Shown: positions 32,592-55,000 of the stretch, piece after piece
How positions within the stretch are numbered: position 1 is the first letter of the stretch
How the letters are laid out: the number at the start of each line of letters is the position of its first letter
DNA from: Blastocystis sp. Blastoise
Taxonomy: Eukaryota; Protista; Bigyra: Opalinata
Assembly: GCA_039096225.1 (NCBI GenBank)
Contig: JBBPEB010000013.1
Location: 1,984,001-2,048,000 of the forward strand
Direction of reading: 5' to 3'
DNA: 64,000 bases
Made by a program: the position numbers and the translations under genes
The notes under the pieces: model-generated
The model's database searches: none
Told to the model about the DNA's origin: nothing
The model's input: the letters and a program-made list of their open reading frames with translations, nothing else

Positions 32592-35500
32592 ATGCCAGGA
32601 ATATGTCATTTTTGCAGAAAGTTGGTTCAGAATGCGAAGAGATGTACCAACAAGGTGAATACTCTGTTTTTTAATAAATTATTTATTGAAAACATAGGAT
32701 TGTTCCAAAAGATTCTGTCCTCGATGCATTAACAAAACATTTCATGAAGAATGTGCTGATGTATTGGATTTAATTATATTATTCATTTGACTTTTTGTAG
32801 GTCATGCCTCAACCCAATTGGATTTGCTATGCATGTCGTATGAAATGTCCATGTCTAACATGTTTCTTACCTCAACTTCGGTATGAATATATTATTATTA
32901 TTGATATAATCATTATTTTTTTATTAGAAAAGATGAATTAAGTCGTGAAAAGGTATTTTAAGGTTCTTAATGAAATCTAATTTATATTCTATATTTATTA
33001 AATTATGATTTTATATAATCTAGGAGAAAAATAACAGAGATATTGAACACTCGTATTATGTTTTTTTTTAATAGTTTTAAAATATTTTTATTTATTTATT
33101 TAGATCTTTACATGAATATTCTAATGATTTACAAAGTATTTTCTACGTTTTTCTTAATTGATATATTTTTATTTTTATTTTTTTTATATTATTATATTAT
33201 TATATTTATATTTATAGGTACTCCATCGTCAACCAATCAACAACTCTGTGATGTTCCCGTATATAGTATTATTTATAGTATTATTTATAGTATTATTTAT
33301 AGTATTATTTATAGTATTATTTATAGTATTATTTATATAATTATTTATATAATTATTTATATAATTATTTATATAATTATTTATATAATTATTTATATAA
33401 TTATTTATATAATTATTTATCTATATAATTTATTACTTATATAATTATTACTATGTATTGACTATTCTCTATAGAGTAATGATAATGAGAATTATAAAAT
33501 GATAGCAGCTCAAATATCATCTGAATCGTATATATGAATAATAGATTACTATATAAAATGTTATATTTATTTACATTATTAATTGATTCCTATTGTATTC
33601 AATTATTTTTTCTAGTTACATTCCTTCTTCAATTCCCTTGAATACATTTATAAATAGATCCAATGCTTCTTCTACTGCTCCTTCTAAAGAAACTATAACT
33701 ATATCTATAAATCAAAATAATTCAAATCTACCTTTTTCTACTCATAATCCCTCTATTTCATCCAATAGAAAATCATCTTCAATGACATCTCCTCCCTCAC
33801 CGCCAACATTTCCAATACAAATATCTCAACATTCAAATATCCAATCAACTGCTATTATTCCTTCTATTTCTTCATATTCACAATCGTATCCATCCATTAT
33901 TCAAGATCATAAGAACACAATTCCTTCTATTCTAACTCCTTCCTATCCTATAATAAATAAAAAAAGGTCAAGTCAACTAGAATCAAAGCCAACGAAAATG
34001 AAATTGAATTCATCAGAGATTTCTAGAGTTAATACTTATTCCGATATTTCTAATAGTAATATAGATATCTATAGGAATATATCATCAACTAGAATTCTTC
34101 GTAAAGATAATAGTAATTCTCTAGGTATCAATCGAAATGATTCAAGAGAAATACCTAATAATAAATTAAAGGGTACTATCAATAATGATGTAACTAATAA
34201 TAATAATAGTAGTATTGATATAAATAAAAATACTATAAATACTAATAGTAATAGTGATATAAATAAAAATACCATAAATACTGATAATAACAGTGATATA
34301 AATAAAAATACCATAAATACTGATAATAACAGTGATATAAATAAAAATACTATAAATACTGATAATAACAGTGATATAAATAAAAATACTATAAATACTA
34401 ATAGTAACAGTGATATAAATAAAAATACTATAAATAATACCAACAGTGATTCAGTTAATCAAAATGATACTAATGTGAATAGTATTCATTCTGATACTCC
34501 TAATATAACCACTTCTTCTACTGTTTCTTCAAGTACTACTCATATTCTATCTACTCCTACTCCTCTTTATACAAGTAATCATTCTCCTTCTTATCCTACT
34601 ACTGGTATTTCTACTTACTCATTCGCTAAACCTTCTTTAGAATCAGTTTTAACACTTAAACGAAAGTTTCGTCGTCCAAATAGTAATACGACTAGTAATA
34701 CGACTAGTAATACGACTAGTAATACGACTAATGATACAACTACGACTGCTTCTAAATCAACACACTCTACAAGTTCTTATGGACGTGTATATAAGAAGAA
34801 AGAGCAGATACCCATTACATTTTCATCTACATCTAAACCTGTCCATCATTCTCGCCATAATCTTCAATTACCAGCTCATTTTAATCCCATGAATCATCTC
34901 TCTATTCCTCATAATTCCTCAGGTATAATAATCCTATAGATATATAGGCTAGTCATTATTGTTTTTATTGTTTTTATTATTCTATTTATTATTATTTATT
35001 TTATTATTCTATTTATTATTATTTATTTTATTATTCTATTTATTGTTGTTATTATTCTATTTATTATTATTTATTTTATTATTCTATTTATAATAATAAT
35101 AATAATAATAATTATTATTATTATTTACAATATTATTATTTATTCTATTCATATATAGTATTCTATTCATAATTCTTAATAATATTAAACATAATTATTC
35201 TATATATAGAAGATATAACTGATTTTCATTCATCAATTCATACTGAAGTTTTCAAAGAAAATAAAAACATGTTCTCAAAAGCAAATACTGAAAATGTTGA
35301 AGAGTATATACTACTATTATATACTTTTATTATATACTATTTTATTATTTATCAATTCTATATATTATATTATTATATTATTATATTATTAGTTTATATA
35401 TGTTACTATATTATTCTTTCTCTTCTTAGATTTCGTCGTCGAACAGAAGGATGCACACAACAATATAGAAATTATCAAAGTATATATATATATATATATT

Positions 35501-35610
35501 AAATGCTTATTATTATCATCTTTTTATTAGATAATTCAGATAGTCTTTTTAAAGTATATATATTTACTTCATTTGATCCTTTTGGAGGAGTTAAATTCTC
35601 AGTTAAATAA
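32592..35610 (+). CDS. zf-4CXXC_R1-like zinc-finger protein with low-complexity C-terminal region
   Basis: Spliced N-terminus CHFCRK..C..C..FCPRCI..WICYACRMKCPCLTC follows the zf-4CXXC_R1 pattern; several micro-exons; large S/N/T-rich exon at about 33617-34923. Confidence 0.8.
34217..34440 (+). repeat. Coding 39-bp tandem repeat (DINKNTINT[D/N][N/S]NS), about 6 copies
   Basis: In-frame repeat visible in both DNA and protein; a 12-bp agtaatacgact repeat follows at about 34682-34730. Confidence 0.9.
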
Positions 35611-36253
35611 TTATGATTATATGAATATATCTACTTTTTCTCTGTTTTCCAATAATCTTTAATAGTTTTTTATCATTTAAATGTGTTATCTGAAAAAAAA
35701 CAATTATTTATAGTTTCTTCTCCTATTTATATAAGTCTCTTTTCTATTCACATATATACATATTCTAGTCCCTTATATTTATTAAAAAAACATGTTTTTG
35801 TCACAATAAAAGATACTTTTTATATCAAATGAAAACTAATGTTTTTATTTTCTTTTATTAATTAATCTCCTTACCTACATTCATCGTCGCAACAATGTAT
35901 ATATACAAATATATAAATCGTTCATTTATAAAACTAACAAATCTATAAAAATAAAAAAATGTCTTCATTTCATGGGAATTCAAAAGTATTCCAGTTGAAA
36001 AAAAAATATCTCGTTTTTTCAACAAAAGAGTCTATTCATGAAATTTTTGCTATGATGACCCTAAAATAGAATTTTTCCCAAGATTTAGATAGGTCCGTAG
36101 GAGCATATATTTCTTACTTTGTCTGAATTATTTATTTAGAGATATACTGAGCGACATCACACAAATTTCCCTTTTTTTAATATTATATTATTTATAGTTA
36201 TACTCCTCAAGAGTAGTTTTTATTAATTATTTCCTTTGAGAAAAAGAATAAAA

Positions 36254-36637
36254 ATGCCTTGCTATCAAACTCTTATGGCTATGGGTCCCTCTGTTTCTCG
36301 TGCAGTTGCATCCAGAAAAGCATGTATGTTATATCGTGCTATTATAAAACAATTACCTCATGCCTTCGCTTCAAATGAAATGGATTATGATCTTAAAAGA
36401 GCTAAATCTATTATTCGTCAAAAATTTTATGCTAATGCTAATCTTACAGATCTTGCTGTTATTGATAGAGTTCTTTATCAATCAGCTATGGAAGTTGATG
36501 AAGTTATGGAACAATGGTCTCGTATTGAAGATGTTCAAGAAATCTTTGATCCTCTTGAACCTAATTACAAAGTTGCTATGAAGAAAGAAGGTTCTGATCC
36601 TATAGATCGTTTCCTTGCTGGTGTTGATAATATCTAA
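36254..36637 (+). CDS. NDUFA6: LYR-motif complex I accessory subunit (B14/NDUFA6-like)
   Basis: Intronless; LYR motif, IRQKFYANANLTDLAVIDRVL..EV.E..W. Confidence 0.8.
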   Translation: MPCYQTLMAMGPSVSRAVASRKACMLYRAIIKQLPHAFASNEMDYDLKRAKSIIRQKFYANANLTDLAVIDRVLYQSAMEVDEVMEQWSRIEDVQEIFDPLEPNYKVAMKKEGSDPIDRFLAGVDNI

Positions 36638-37122
36638 AAAAATCTCAAAATCAAAACAATAATAAAATAAAACAATCAAAATCAATACTGTTTATTTTTA
36701 ATTCATCATTACATATATTTGTATATATATATATGTTTAATATAGTAATATTATATTTTTATTATTTTTTTTATATATAATTCCTTTTTATATATATATA
36801 TATGTACCTATTTCATAATTTTGATTTTTTTAGAATAATAATAATTATAAAACATTTTAAATCCATAAAAAATATATATATAAGTATTTAATAAATTTTC
36901 ATTGCTTGTTGTTGTTTAGATGAATTTTTTAGTATTATTATTGTTAATCATATATTCTTTTTAAATAATAATTTATTTTAAATAATAATTTATTTTAAAT
37001 AATATATATTTTTTAAAACAAAAAAAAAAAAGAGTAAATACACTAAAATAAATAAAAACAAAAGAGAAAAAAGTGAAAAATAATGATAGAGAATATATAA
37101 GGAAATGACAGTGTATAATAAT

Positions 37123-44743
<7,621 letters not shown>

Positions 44744-44793
44744 AATTTTATTGAAAAAAACCAACAAGAAATAATACAAAAATTTAAAGAATA

Positions 44794-44818
44794 TTTCGCC
44801 ACCTTTTTATTTTGCCGC
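44794..44818 (-). promoter_or_regulatory. Putative E2F-type sites upstream of POLA1
   Basis: TTTCGCC (44794) and TTTGCCGC (44811, fits TTTSSCGC) lie 50-75 bp upstream of the POLA1 ATG; E2F control of replication genes is widely conserved. Confidence 0.45.
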
Positions 44819-46736
44819 CAATACTGTACCCAAAAATTATTTTACCATCAAACGAGTTTACCACGGAAATAATACTTGTCATGAGTAAAAATTCATTTAT
44901 TTTCCCATTTTCTTCTTTATTTAAAAAATAATTGTTTCTCTGTAAATTGATTCTGTATGCGCTATATTTTATTGTATTATAATGGTCTAAGATGAGTATA
45001 GCGTAGTATGTGCTGTTTGTAGAAATGTTGAAGAAAAAATATAATAAAGATGTAAAAGATTTATTCTTTTTATTCAAATATATTTAAAAAATAATTACAT
45101 ATATGCATATAGATAAACATGGGCAATTGCTGATCGTTATCCTAATAAATATAAACAACAAATTCAATTTACTGACTTCTCTTCTTGTCACAAAGAATAC
45201 ACTAATAAAAAGATAAACACCTATTCTACATATTATTAAAAAAACAAGTGATATTAAATCAATAAAGAATGGGAGTTATAGCTTGATTTACTGATAATCC
45301 ATTTTTTTCTGATTTAAATGGAATAAAAAGATCTATTAAGATCCAATATTAACATTAAATTGCCATAAGGATATAAAAGAATGTGTATATGCAATATTTA
45401 TATCTATTTTAGTTAAATCTATAATGATAGCAAGATATTTTTCATGTTATATATATATTGTTATTATAAATATCATGAAAGGCTTCAAAGATTCAATTTT
45501 CTTCAATACTTTCTTAAATAGTAGACACAAAATATTTCAAACTTCGTATTTGTTATTCGCTGTATATATATATATATTGATTTCGCGAAATTTATGTAAT
45601 CAATTTTCAAATACTTCTTTACATAGTTCATTCTTCATAATTTTATTTAAAAAAAAACTTGTAAACATTTTAAATCATCTTGAACACATATATGACAGTT
45701 AATAAAGCATATAAACACTAATTCTGCAATTTCAAAAAGTATTATTTTTTAAAGACGATCTGGCAATTTTATATTCAAGAGCTATATGTCTTTCACATTC
45801 TTCTTGATTTATCAATAAATATTATGACTTTATTCAAAGAGATATTTTGAAATGGAAAGAAACATCATTGAAATTTTATAGAAAGAATGTGTGTAAATGA
45901 TAGGAGGTAGTGAATACTCATCAATGGATATAATATGAACCAAAAATAAAATAATAAAATATTTATATCAATAAAAACAAAAAACAAAAAAAATAAGAAA
46001 TAGCTAATAAATTTCTTTTTTGTTTTGGAATAATAAATAGGACAACATAATTATCAAAAAAAAATATATTTTTGAGTCTTATAGTTCTTGTAGGAGTGAT
46101 GGTTCATCGTATTGTGTTGTTTCACTACTTCCATTATATAATTAACATGCATAATAATTAAAAAACTTTTTGTTCACAAATAGGATTTATTCTTAAATTA
46201 AAAATATCACTATAGACTTGCACATATGCTGTATTATTCATTGAATAACCACAGTGAACTTCAAAATATGACAAATTATTCCTAACAGTATTTAAGAGTT
46301 ACCATTCAATAGATCAGCTGAGTTGACACTTATAGATTCTACTAGAGATCGTCAACAACAATTCACAAAAAATGTGGAATGAAAAGCACTGAAAGACTAA
46401 AGCTAGAAAACATTTCATATATGTTGCAGTCCATTTAGAAAGATTAAGAATTGCGCTATATAATGATTTATAATCATATTGGTTTTAAATAATCCAAACC
46501 ATAGAAAACACAAATTGAATTTTTTTTTAACTAAGTAATTGAGAATAACCATAAAACCTTTTTTTTAAAACACAACTTTGTTCTGATAGAAACGAGATGG
46601 AAATTCATAAAATTATAGTGAAACATAAACAAATAACAATGAAAATAAACAAAAATCTATAGGAATTGTAGTTGGATCTATTTGTTTCTTTAGGGTTCGT
46701 TTGTTCTTTTAATTTATTGTTGTTCTTTTTAATTAT

Positions 46737-47834
46737 ATGAACTCAAATACTGTGAATCCAGAAATCAAAACAGCTAAAATTGTATTTCTTGGAGATACAA
46801 GTGTAGGTAAAACTAGTGTAACTACAAGATTTGTCAGAGATACATTCAATCAAGGAACAGAAAGTACAATTGGTGCTGCCTTCTCTTCAAAGTATATTAA
46901 TTATGAATTATCAAAGTCATTTATATTCTTATACTATGTATCAACGAATCAAATATATTTTTATTTATTTATTTATGTTTTAGAACATTACATACAGATG
47001 TTGGCTCTTTAAAATTAGATATTTGGGATACTGCTGGTCAAGTAAGTTTATTTCATGACTAGAATAACTAGGAAAACAGTTTTTATATATTTTCTTTATT
47101 TATATGTAATATTATTATTCAATTTAGGAACGATATCGTTCTATTTTGCCTATGTATTATCGTGATGCTTGTGCTGCAATTATTGTTATGTCTGTTATTG
47201 ATCCAGAACCATTTCCTGTATATCTTTATCTATGATTTATGTTTGTAATAATAAATAATAGATTATAATTTATTAAATGTATTATCTATCTATCTATATA
47301 TATATATATATATAGACTGTTGAACGATGGATAGCAGATGTGCGTAAAAATTGTGATATGAGAGATGTTTATATAGTTTTAGCTGCAAATAAAGCAGATT
47401 TAGTGAATGACAGAAAGATCTTTAAAGAACAACTTGATGTGTTTTGTACAGATAAAGGTATTTCTTCTCTCTTATTATTTATATTTTATATTAGAATTAT
47501 AGTATTATTGTTATTATTAATTTTGTATATTTTAAAAATAAAGAAAAAAATATGTTTAGGGATAAAATATTTTGAAGTTTCTGCGTTAACTGGAGCCAAT
47601 ATAAATGAGATGTTTGTTGATATTACGAATTATTGCCTCTCTACAAATAGTATATATTTATAAATATATCTATAGATTTTATAATTTTTAATGAATTATA
47701 GCTATTGTTCGTAAGAATGAAAATGTTATCGATTTTAATAAACCTCAAAAAAATGTATATATATAATATATTATTTATTTATTATTACTCTTAATTATTA
47801 TATATATATATATATATAGAAGAAATGCTGTTAA
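46737..47834 (+). CDS. Rab GTPase of the Rab5/22 group (7 exons)
   Basis: GDTSVGKTS, TIGAAF, WDTAGQERYRSILPMYYR, NKAD, EVSA and C-terminal KKCC prenylation motif. Confidence 0.93.
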
Positions 47835-50297
47835 TTCTGTTATCTTTTATTTATAACAAATTTGATACTCTTCTTTATGTCTATATATTTATTCTTTCGT
47901 TGTGTGAAATTCTTTCTTTTTCTTTTTCCATGAATTTTTCATATTCTTATCTTATTCACTGTTTATTATGATTTGATATAAAATCCATTATTACGTATTT
48001 CTTTATCTATACTTATACTTGTTTCTCATATACACAAATGTTTCTTTTATAAAATAATGTTTTATTATTTTTTCATTCAACATGATTTTTGTATTTTTAT
48101 GCATTTATAAAACAAACTATATTATTGAACAATATACTATCTATTATAGTATACAGTAGTACTCTTTCGTATAGAAAAAACTTGATTTAACATATTAAAA
48201 AACACTATATTAATACTAACAAATGTTATACTAGAAATATCTTTTTTTTTATGTTGATATAATAACATGCCCGTTTATTTTAACTTTTCTTATTTAATCA
48301 TAATAAAAAGTATAAACAAATTGCAAATTAACCATTTGTACACATAAACTATATTGTTTGATAGTATATTTCACATTTCTCTTATTGAAAAAATATATTT
48401 TGGTGGAAAATATAGTTACGCCAAAAGTTTTTCTCGCTATTTGCGGCGATTTTAAACCAAAATATTTCTTGCATTATTTTATATTTTTTTACCATTCTAC
48501 CATAATTTCTTGACAGAAAATGGTATCGATTCACAAACAGTTCTAAAAACATTTCATCATATTGTATCTGAGCTACTCTACAATTGTTTTAAAATACTCA
48601 ATTTCAATAATCTAAAAAACTGGTTCATATCAAAATACGATTAAATATTAGTTTTCATTACAATAACTACTTAATATAAGATTGTATAGAAAAGGAAAAT
48701 AAAAAGAAAAATGAAACATTTCACATTAATTTTTATAAAAAGTCTTAAACGATGATAAATCACAAAAACTAATGATATTACTTTATTATATTACTCACTA
48801 ATAAACAATGAATTATAATATCAGCTATCAATAAAAAAACAAAATAAAAGTGCTTTGGCTTTTTTATTCTTTATGAATTGTAATTGACACTTTTTGTTTA
48901 TAAATTATTAACTTTAGATTATTTTAATACCATATTTTTGTATGGACTATATGAGTTATATAAATAGGCAAGAATGATACTTTTATGCATCAACTTTTTG
49001 TTGCTTATTACCTAAAAAAATTGTTTGATATTTTTTATTTAAGAATTACATGTTTTTATAAAAAGTATATATAAAAAAATATGTGTCCTCTTTTTTGTGT
49101 TTATATCGAAATTTTGTTTTAAAAAAATTGTTAATCACTAAAGCCTCGAATACCGAGTATAAATATGTCACAAAATATTTAGACAAACAGTAGCATTTTA
49201 ACTTAGCATTCTATGAATGATTGTAAGAACACTTTTTTTATAGAAGAGTTCTAGACTTTAGTTGATAGAATTTTTAAAGTATTGCCTTGAATATTTATTT
49301 TGAATTTTTAATATAATGTTCATTTTAATTCAAATCATCATATGCACCTTTTTTACTTTTCCCATTCTTTATCAATACACATCTGTGAGTTCTTAACTTT
49401 ATGGATCACTTTTCAAATGGCATATAGTTTCTACTCACGATAGTGATACTTCTATTTATGAAGAGAATATTATATATATATATATATATAATATAAGGTT
49501 TATTCACAAAAGAATAAAATACTTTTATCCACTTTTATATTTTGTTCTGATTTGAGTTTAAGGCAATCAAACAGTAATAAATATGTTGCAGATGATATCT
49601 GAATTCATTTTCTTAAATAAGATAATTATATTGATCCTCATTCCACTCTTTGTCCTATAAACCTTTCTGTTTCGGTTCCTCCATTTCCATTTATTAATTT
49701 AATGTCAGAAAACTGGTACATATATATTCTTTGCTAATATTTAGTAATCTTTAGGGTTAATAAAGTAGACTTGTTAATAAATAATATATCAGTTTCAAAA
49801 AAAAAAATAAATTTTATGTTATTTAAAAGGTTTAGTATATAAAAAATATTTTATAGTTAAACAACATTTCAACAAAATCTTAATTGTTGAACAGTATGAT
49901 ATATATATAATAGCATATATTCATATGATTTATGAACTATTTTTTCAGGGATAATAATCATATATCTATATCTATGATACATGGTAAATATGATGGAATT
50001 ATTGAATTTAAGAATATTTACTATAGTAACAAAATCAAAAAATATGTCTTCTTTACAGATATTTCTAAGTATCCACACATTCAGTCATTTGCTTGTATAT
50101 ATTTGTATTGTGTTTTCTTTTAGCATTGTTATATTGATAAATATTATTTATATTTTTCTATTGATAAACTTATTTAATCGAGAATAACATTATATATATA
50201 GCTATAGCTTAACAACCTTTTGTATATAATCAACTTACATCTATAAAAAATCAATCAATTCAGTATAATAATAATATTTTTTTTAAGAAATATATAG

Positions 50298-51408
50298 AAT
50301 TTCTTCGATTTACTTTTTTAAAATACAAAATAATTATGTCATATTATTAATAAGACCTCGAAATGCATTTCATTTTGTAGAATCATATCAATATCTTCTA
50401 CGAGTTGCTTTATTCTCTGAATCTTATCCAACTGTAAATATTATTTCTTTTTTCTATCTCTCAATAAAATATTAAAATAGGAAACTTATATTTACTTAAT
50501 CTCCCTTTAACAGATACTCTCTATTGGAATAATATATATCTCGATATGTTGATGAACCTATTTCTAAAGAACTCTATACATAAATTTGATTATCGATCAA
50601 CAATTGTAAATGATGCTTTTATAAGTGAATATGTTTGTTTTGAACATGCTGTATGTTATTTTTGTATTAAATCAATTATATTTTGAGAATAAAAACTATT
50701 ATCGATATTTATATATATTCTTTTATAGTATGTGATATATCCTTATTTAGCATAGAAAGGATATATATATATATATCAATAAACGAAACACTCTTTACAA
50801 AAGCTTATATATATAAATCAATTGGAGTAACGCCATTACAATTATGTAAAGAATCATGTCGTTTACAATTGTTACTCGCCTTAAGAGATAAACAAAACAA
50901 AAATTCAGAATGGTGGTCGAGTTCTTATGAATCAACAACAAGTACAAGATACTTTAAATGAAGATGTATATATATATTATTTTGATTATTATTATCCATT
51001 CAATACTACTATCAACTTTTTCTATAAATATTATTTCTCTATAATATATGATATATAGTTCCATATTAAAGTGAACTCACTTTTCATGGAACGTTTATCT
51101 CCTGAAATACAAATAAAAATGTGTATAAATACGGTATATTCTTAGCTATATATGGTGGTAACTTTATAAATGACTTTTATATGTTGCCAAATAGTGTTGC
51201 TATATTATATTATGAAGAAAACTATTTAAATCGATGGATTAGAAGAAGTTTAGAAATGAATAGTATACATACAATGTCATTATATAATATTACATTTACT
51301 CCTTGTCCATCTGATAATATATACTTAGATTGTGAAACATGGCTTCATAATAGAAATGTCTATATTAATATACCAATATTACACAGTTATATACTAGATG
51401 CAAAATAA
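50298..51408 (+). pseudogene. Degraded glycosyltransferase family 61-like gene
   Basis: Fragments NAFHFVE, YVCFEHA, FMERLSPEIQIKM and IFLAIYGGNFINDFYMLPNS resemble GT61 motifs but need frameshifts (near 50505 and 51135). More coding-like debris lies upstream to about 49170. Confidence 0.55.
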
Positions 51409-51911
51409 TATGTATTCTTGTATACATATCAGAATATGTTTATTACTTAGTCTTTATAAGTTTGTTTTTATTGTAAATATTATATTATTCTTGATAGATT
51501 CTCTATAATTATTTCATTTTATGTTTTATACTCCTAAATTAAATATTCTTAAAATGTTTATTTGTATTTACTAGTCTTAAGAATAAAAAATTATAATAGA
51601 AATAGGATCCTATTTTTTATTATTTGTTTTTTTTACATATATTTGTTTGAAAAAGGTTTGTTAAACACAATATATATTCAGAAATTTAATTTAAGGATTT
51701 TACTTGATTCAACACAAAATAATATACTATTTTATTTATAAAAGGATAATAATGTGTCATAGAAACAAAGAAAAAGAATGAAATTATGTAAAATTAATGT
51801 ATTTTAATTTTTTTTCCTAATAATAAGTTAAGTGTTATAATGTATAAAGCTGATTGCCTTATAACTGTATAATCTTCCAGGAAAAGATGTAATTCAATGG
51901 AGTTAATTGAC

Positions 51912-52027
51912 TTAGGACGCTGTAATCATAAAGAATTGACTCAGGACACTAAATTAGGCTTGGAGTCGAGTGTTTGGTAGGGGCTAGAGCGTCCTGAGTC
52001 AAACTTTTATGATTACAACGTCCTGAA
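51912..52027. repeat. Imperfect inverted repeat (about 39-bp arms, GC-rich loop of about 37 bp)
   Basis: ttaggacgctgtaatcataaagaattgactcaggacact pairs with agcgtcctgagtcaaacttttatgattacaacgtcctga. Confidence 0.85.
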
Positions 52028-55000
52028 TGATATTTCCACTTTAAACAATGAGTATAACTTGTCTTCATATTCTTTCGATAAATTTATCAATTCTCTCTTG
52101 AAATATTTAGGATAAATGTGAATTAAAAGCAATAAATGTATTAGGAATTGTCATCAACATATATATTTTGCTCTTTTGATATTGCTTGTATGTATATTTG
52201 ATATATAGTATGAGAATTATCATTCAATTCAAACTTTATTATCACATACCTTTGTTTCAATAGAATTGAGCCCAGGAAATGTAAATTTTTGTTTTAAAGA
52301 ATAAAGGTCAATATAATTGCGTGTTTACAATAAAAAATTGATGCATAAAATCTCAATCAACTTTTTGTTAAGAATTACGTGTTTTTGTTGTTTATCTGTG
52401 TAAAATATAAAAAAAATAGCTAAAGAAAATTGGGCTTGTTGTCTAATACTGTAGAAATGTTACTGATACTTCAAGATGAGAGTTTTGGCATTTGATTAGA
52501 ATTATTGCTTAATTTACTATATGAGACTCTTTTTCCAATTTGAATAGGTTCAATTTTTGTCTGTCACTATTTATCCAAGAATAAATCAGTGAATTAAGAA
52601 TTTTATAATTACGAAGAAATGTGTAAAAGGTTCTATATAGTAATTTATAATAAAATCATGTACTTATCATAGTAATAAACATTGATTTAGTTATATTATA
52701 GGAGCCAAATTCACGATAAGTTTGATATGAGTTTTGTAATTATTATCTTTAGATTGATTGAATCATGTTCTTCTAATGAATGAAGTATTTTCATTTGAAT
52801 CAATAACTTTCTTGTTTAATTCAAATTAGATTATCATTATTGAATGTTATCTTTAACATTATTATTGAAATGATGTTTACCTAAAATGCCATTTATAAAT
52901 AATATAAGAAAGAATTAAAAATAACAATGAAAAGTGCTTTTTTAAAGATTATTTAATCACCTTATATTTCATAAATGTTTTTTACTTTTTTTCTTTTCTT
53001 TTTTTTTGACTAAGTCAATTGATAATTTTTAAAGTGGAAAACAAAATATTTATAAAAAAATTAAAGTCTCTTAACAAAAATGTTCTCTAATACTGGTACT
53101 ATTTTTTAAGCCATTCACCATGGTCAGTCTAAAATGTCCTATTTATTGTTTTCAGTAATAATGATAAGTTTTAGACCAGAAAAATAGATAAATATCAAGG
53201 AATGATCGATGTATTCATGGGTTTATTTTTGATACTTTTCTGGTTTAAAAATACTGTCAATAATGAAAACCTTAAATAGCATAAATTATACTGACCAACT
53301 GACAGCGAATGCTCAATAATAATTTGAATATTTTTAGTAAATGAAAGTCTTTTATAAAGATTATAAAGTATATACCTATTTAGCAATTTGATTTTTTGCT
53401 TTGATCATTAAAAAATTTAATAAAAGAAGTTTTACAGTTTATTAATAAATTAACAACCAAAAATAAATCGTTTCTAATATAATGTATATCAATGTAAACG
53501 TATATATAGTATATGAGTATCCTTATTATAAAAGAGACATCTCAAATCAAAGATGATGTTTTTTTATTCATAATATTTTCATTAAATGATACATCACTAC
53601 ATTCTACTGTCATCCTATATTATTATAGAATTCTTAACTTTAATAAATAAGTAAAACATTTGATGTGTTGACATGAATAGGTTCATAATTTGCAAAGAAT
53701 CATTTAATATCAATACACTAATGTTCAAACTGATGATAAATGTAAATTATAATTCTATTATTATTCCTTTCAGAAATCAACCACTCAAATTGTATCTCTA
53801 TATAATAAAAGAAGATTTATTATATACTAATATAGACCTAATAGCAACGTTTTCTTAGTTTTAGAAGTTTATATGAATAACTTACTTAGGTAATCGAAAA
53901 AAAATAATAATGCAATGAAAATAATTTTTCGATAAACGAAGAAAAAATATATATAAATATTTACGATTATTATAAAATATAAAGTAAAAAAAAAAAAAAA
54001 ATAAAAAAATATAAAAATGAATTGATTCAATATATAATATGATTGTTATTGTATGTAATTTTGATGGATAAAGATTTAATAAATGTATGTAGATGTATTC
54101 AATATTTGCGCTAATTTATTGTTCGTATAAAGATTGATTTTAATTATCATTAATTTTCTGTCATCTTTATAGAAGTATGATATTGGTGTTTCAAGTCAAA
54201 TTTATATTATACTCATACGTTTTTCAAGGTAATGGATATTCTATTGCAGCTTTATTCATATGAATTATTTTTTTTGATTATAAGAACTTCTAAAAGTATC
54301 AACATATCAAATAGAAATGATAATGATTTTAGTTAATAAGTCAAATCGAAGAATAATTATAAATATTTATGAATGAATGTATAATATCTTATGTTTTTTT
54401 TAAAGAATACGATGAATTGATAACTAATAATGGTTAAAATGGATCAATATAGATACCAATATCTATAAATTGAATATTTTGAAAGAAATGTTAAATTGGT
54501 GATAATAATTCTTCTTAATTAAATTTTATTATATTTTTATTGTCTTATTTTTGATATTATAAGATTATATAAAGTCAAATAAAAGTTAAAAACCAAAATA
54601 ATTCTTTGCCACGTCATCATTAATTTTGTTTAAAAGAAGCTTTCTTTTTCTTTTTTATGTTGATCTATGTACTTATTTTGACTTGAATAGAAATAATGTA
54701 AATTAAATAAAAATATGCAATATGAATAAGATAATAATAAATAATAAAACATTTTATATACATATTTTTTTATAATTATTTTCTAATATATAAAACAATT
54801 TTATTATATTTATAACATAAATTTGAATAATGAAAAAAAAAAGAATAAAAAAGATATCTATATATAAAATTATTAAATATTTAAATAAATAAAGTATAAG
54901 TGTAAACAGATAATTACTTTTTATTTTTGTTTTTTGTTTTTGTATAGAAAAATAGTATAGCATCTATTTTGTTGTTATTAAAGAAAAAATGAGTTATAAA

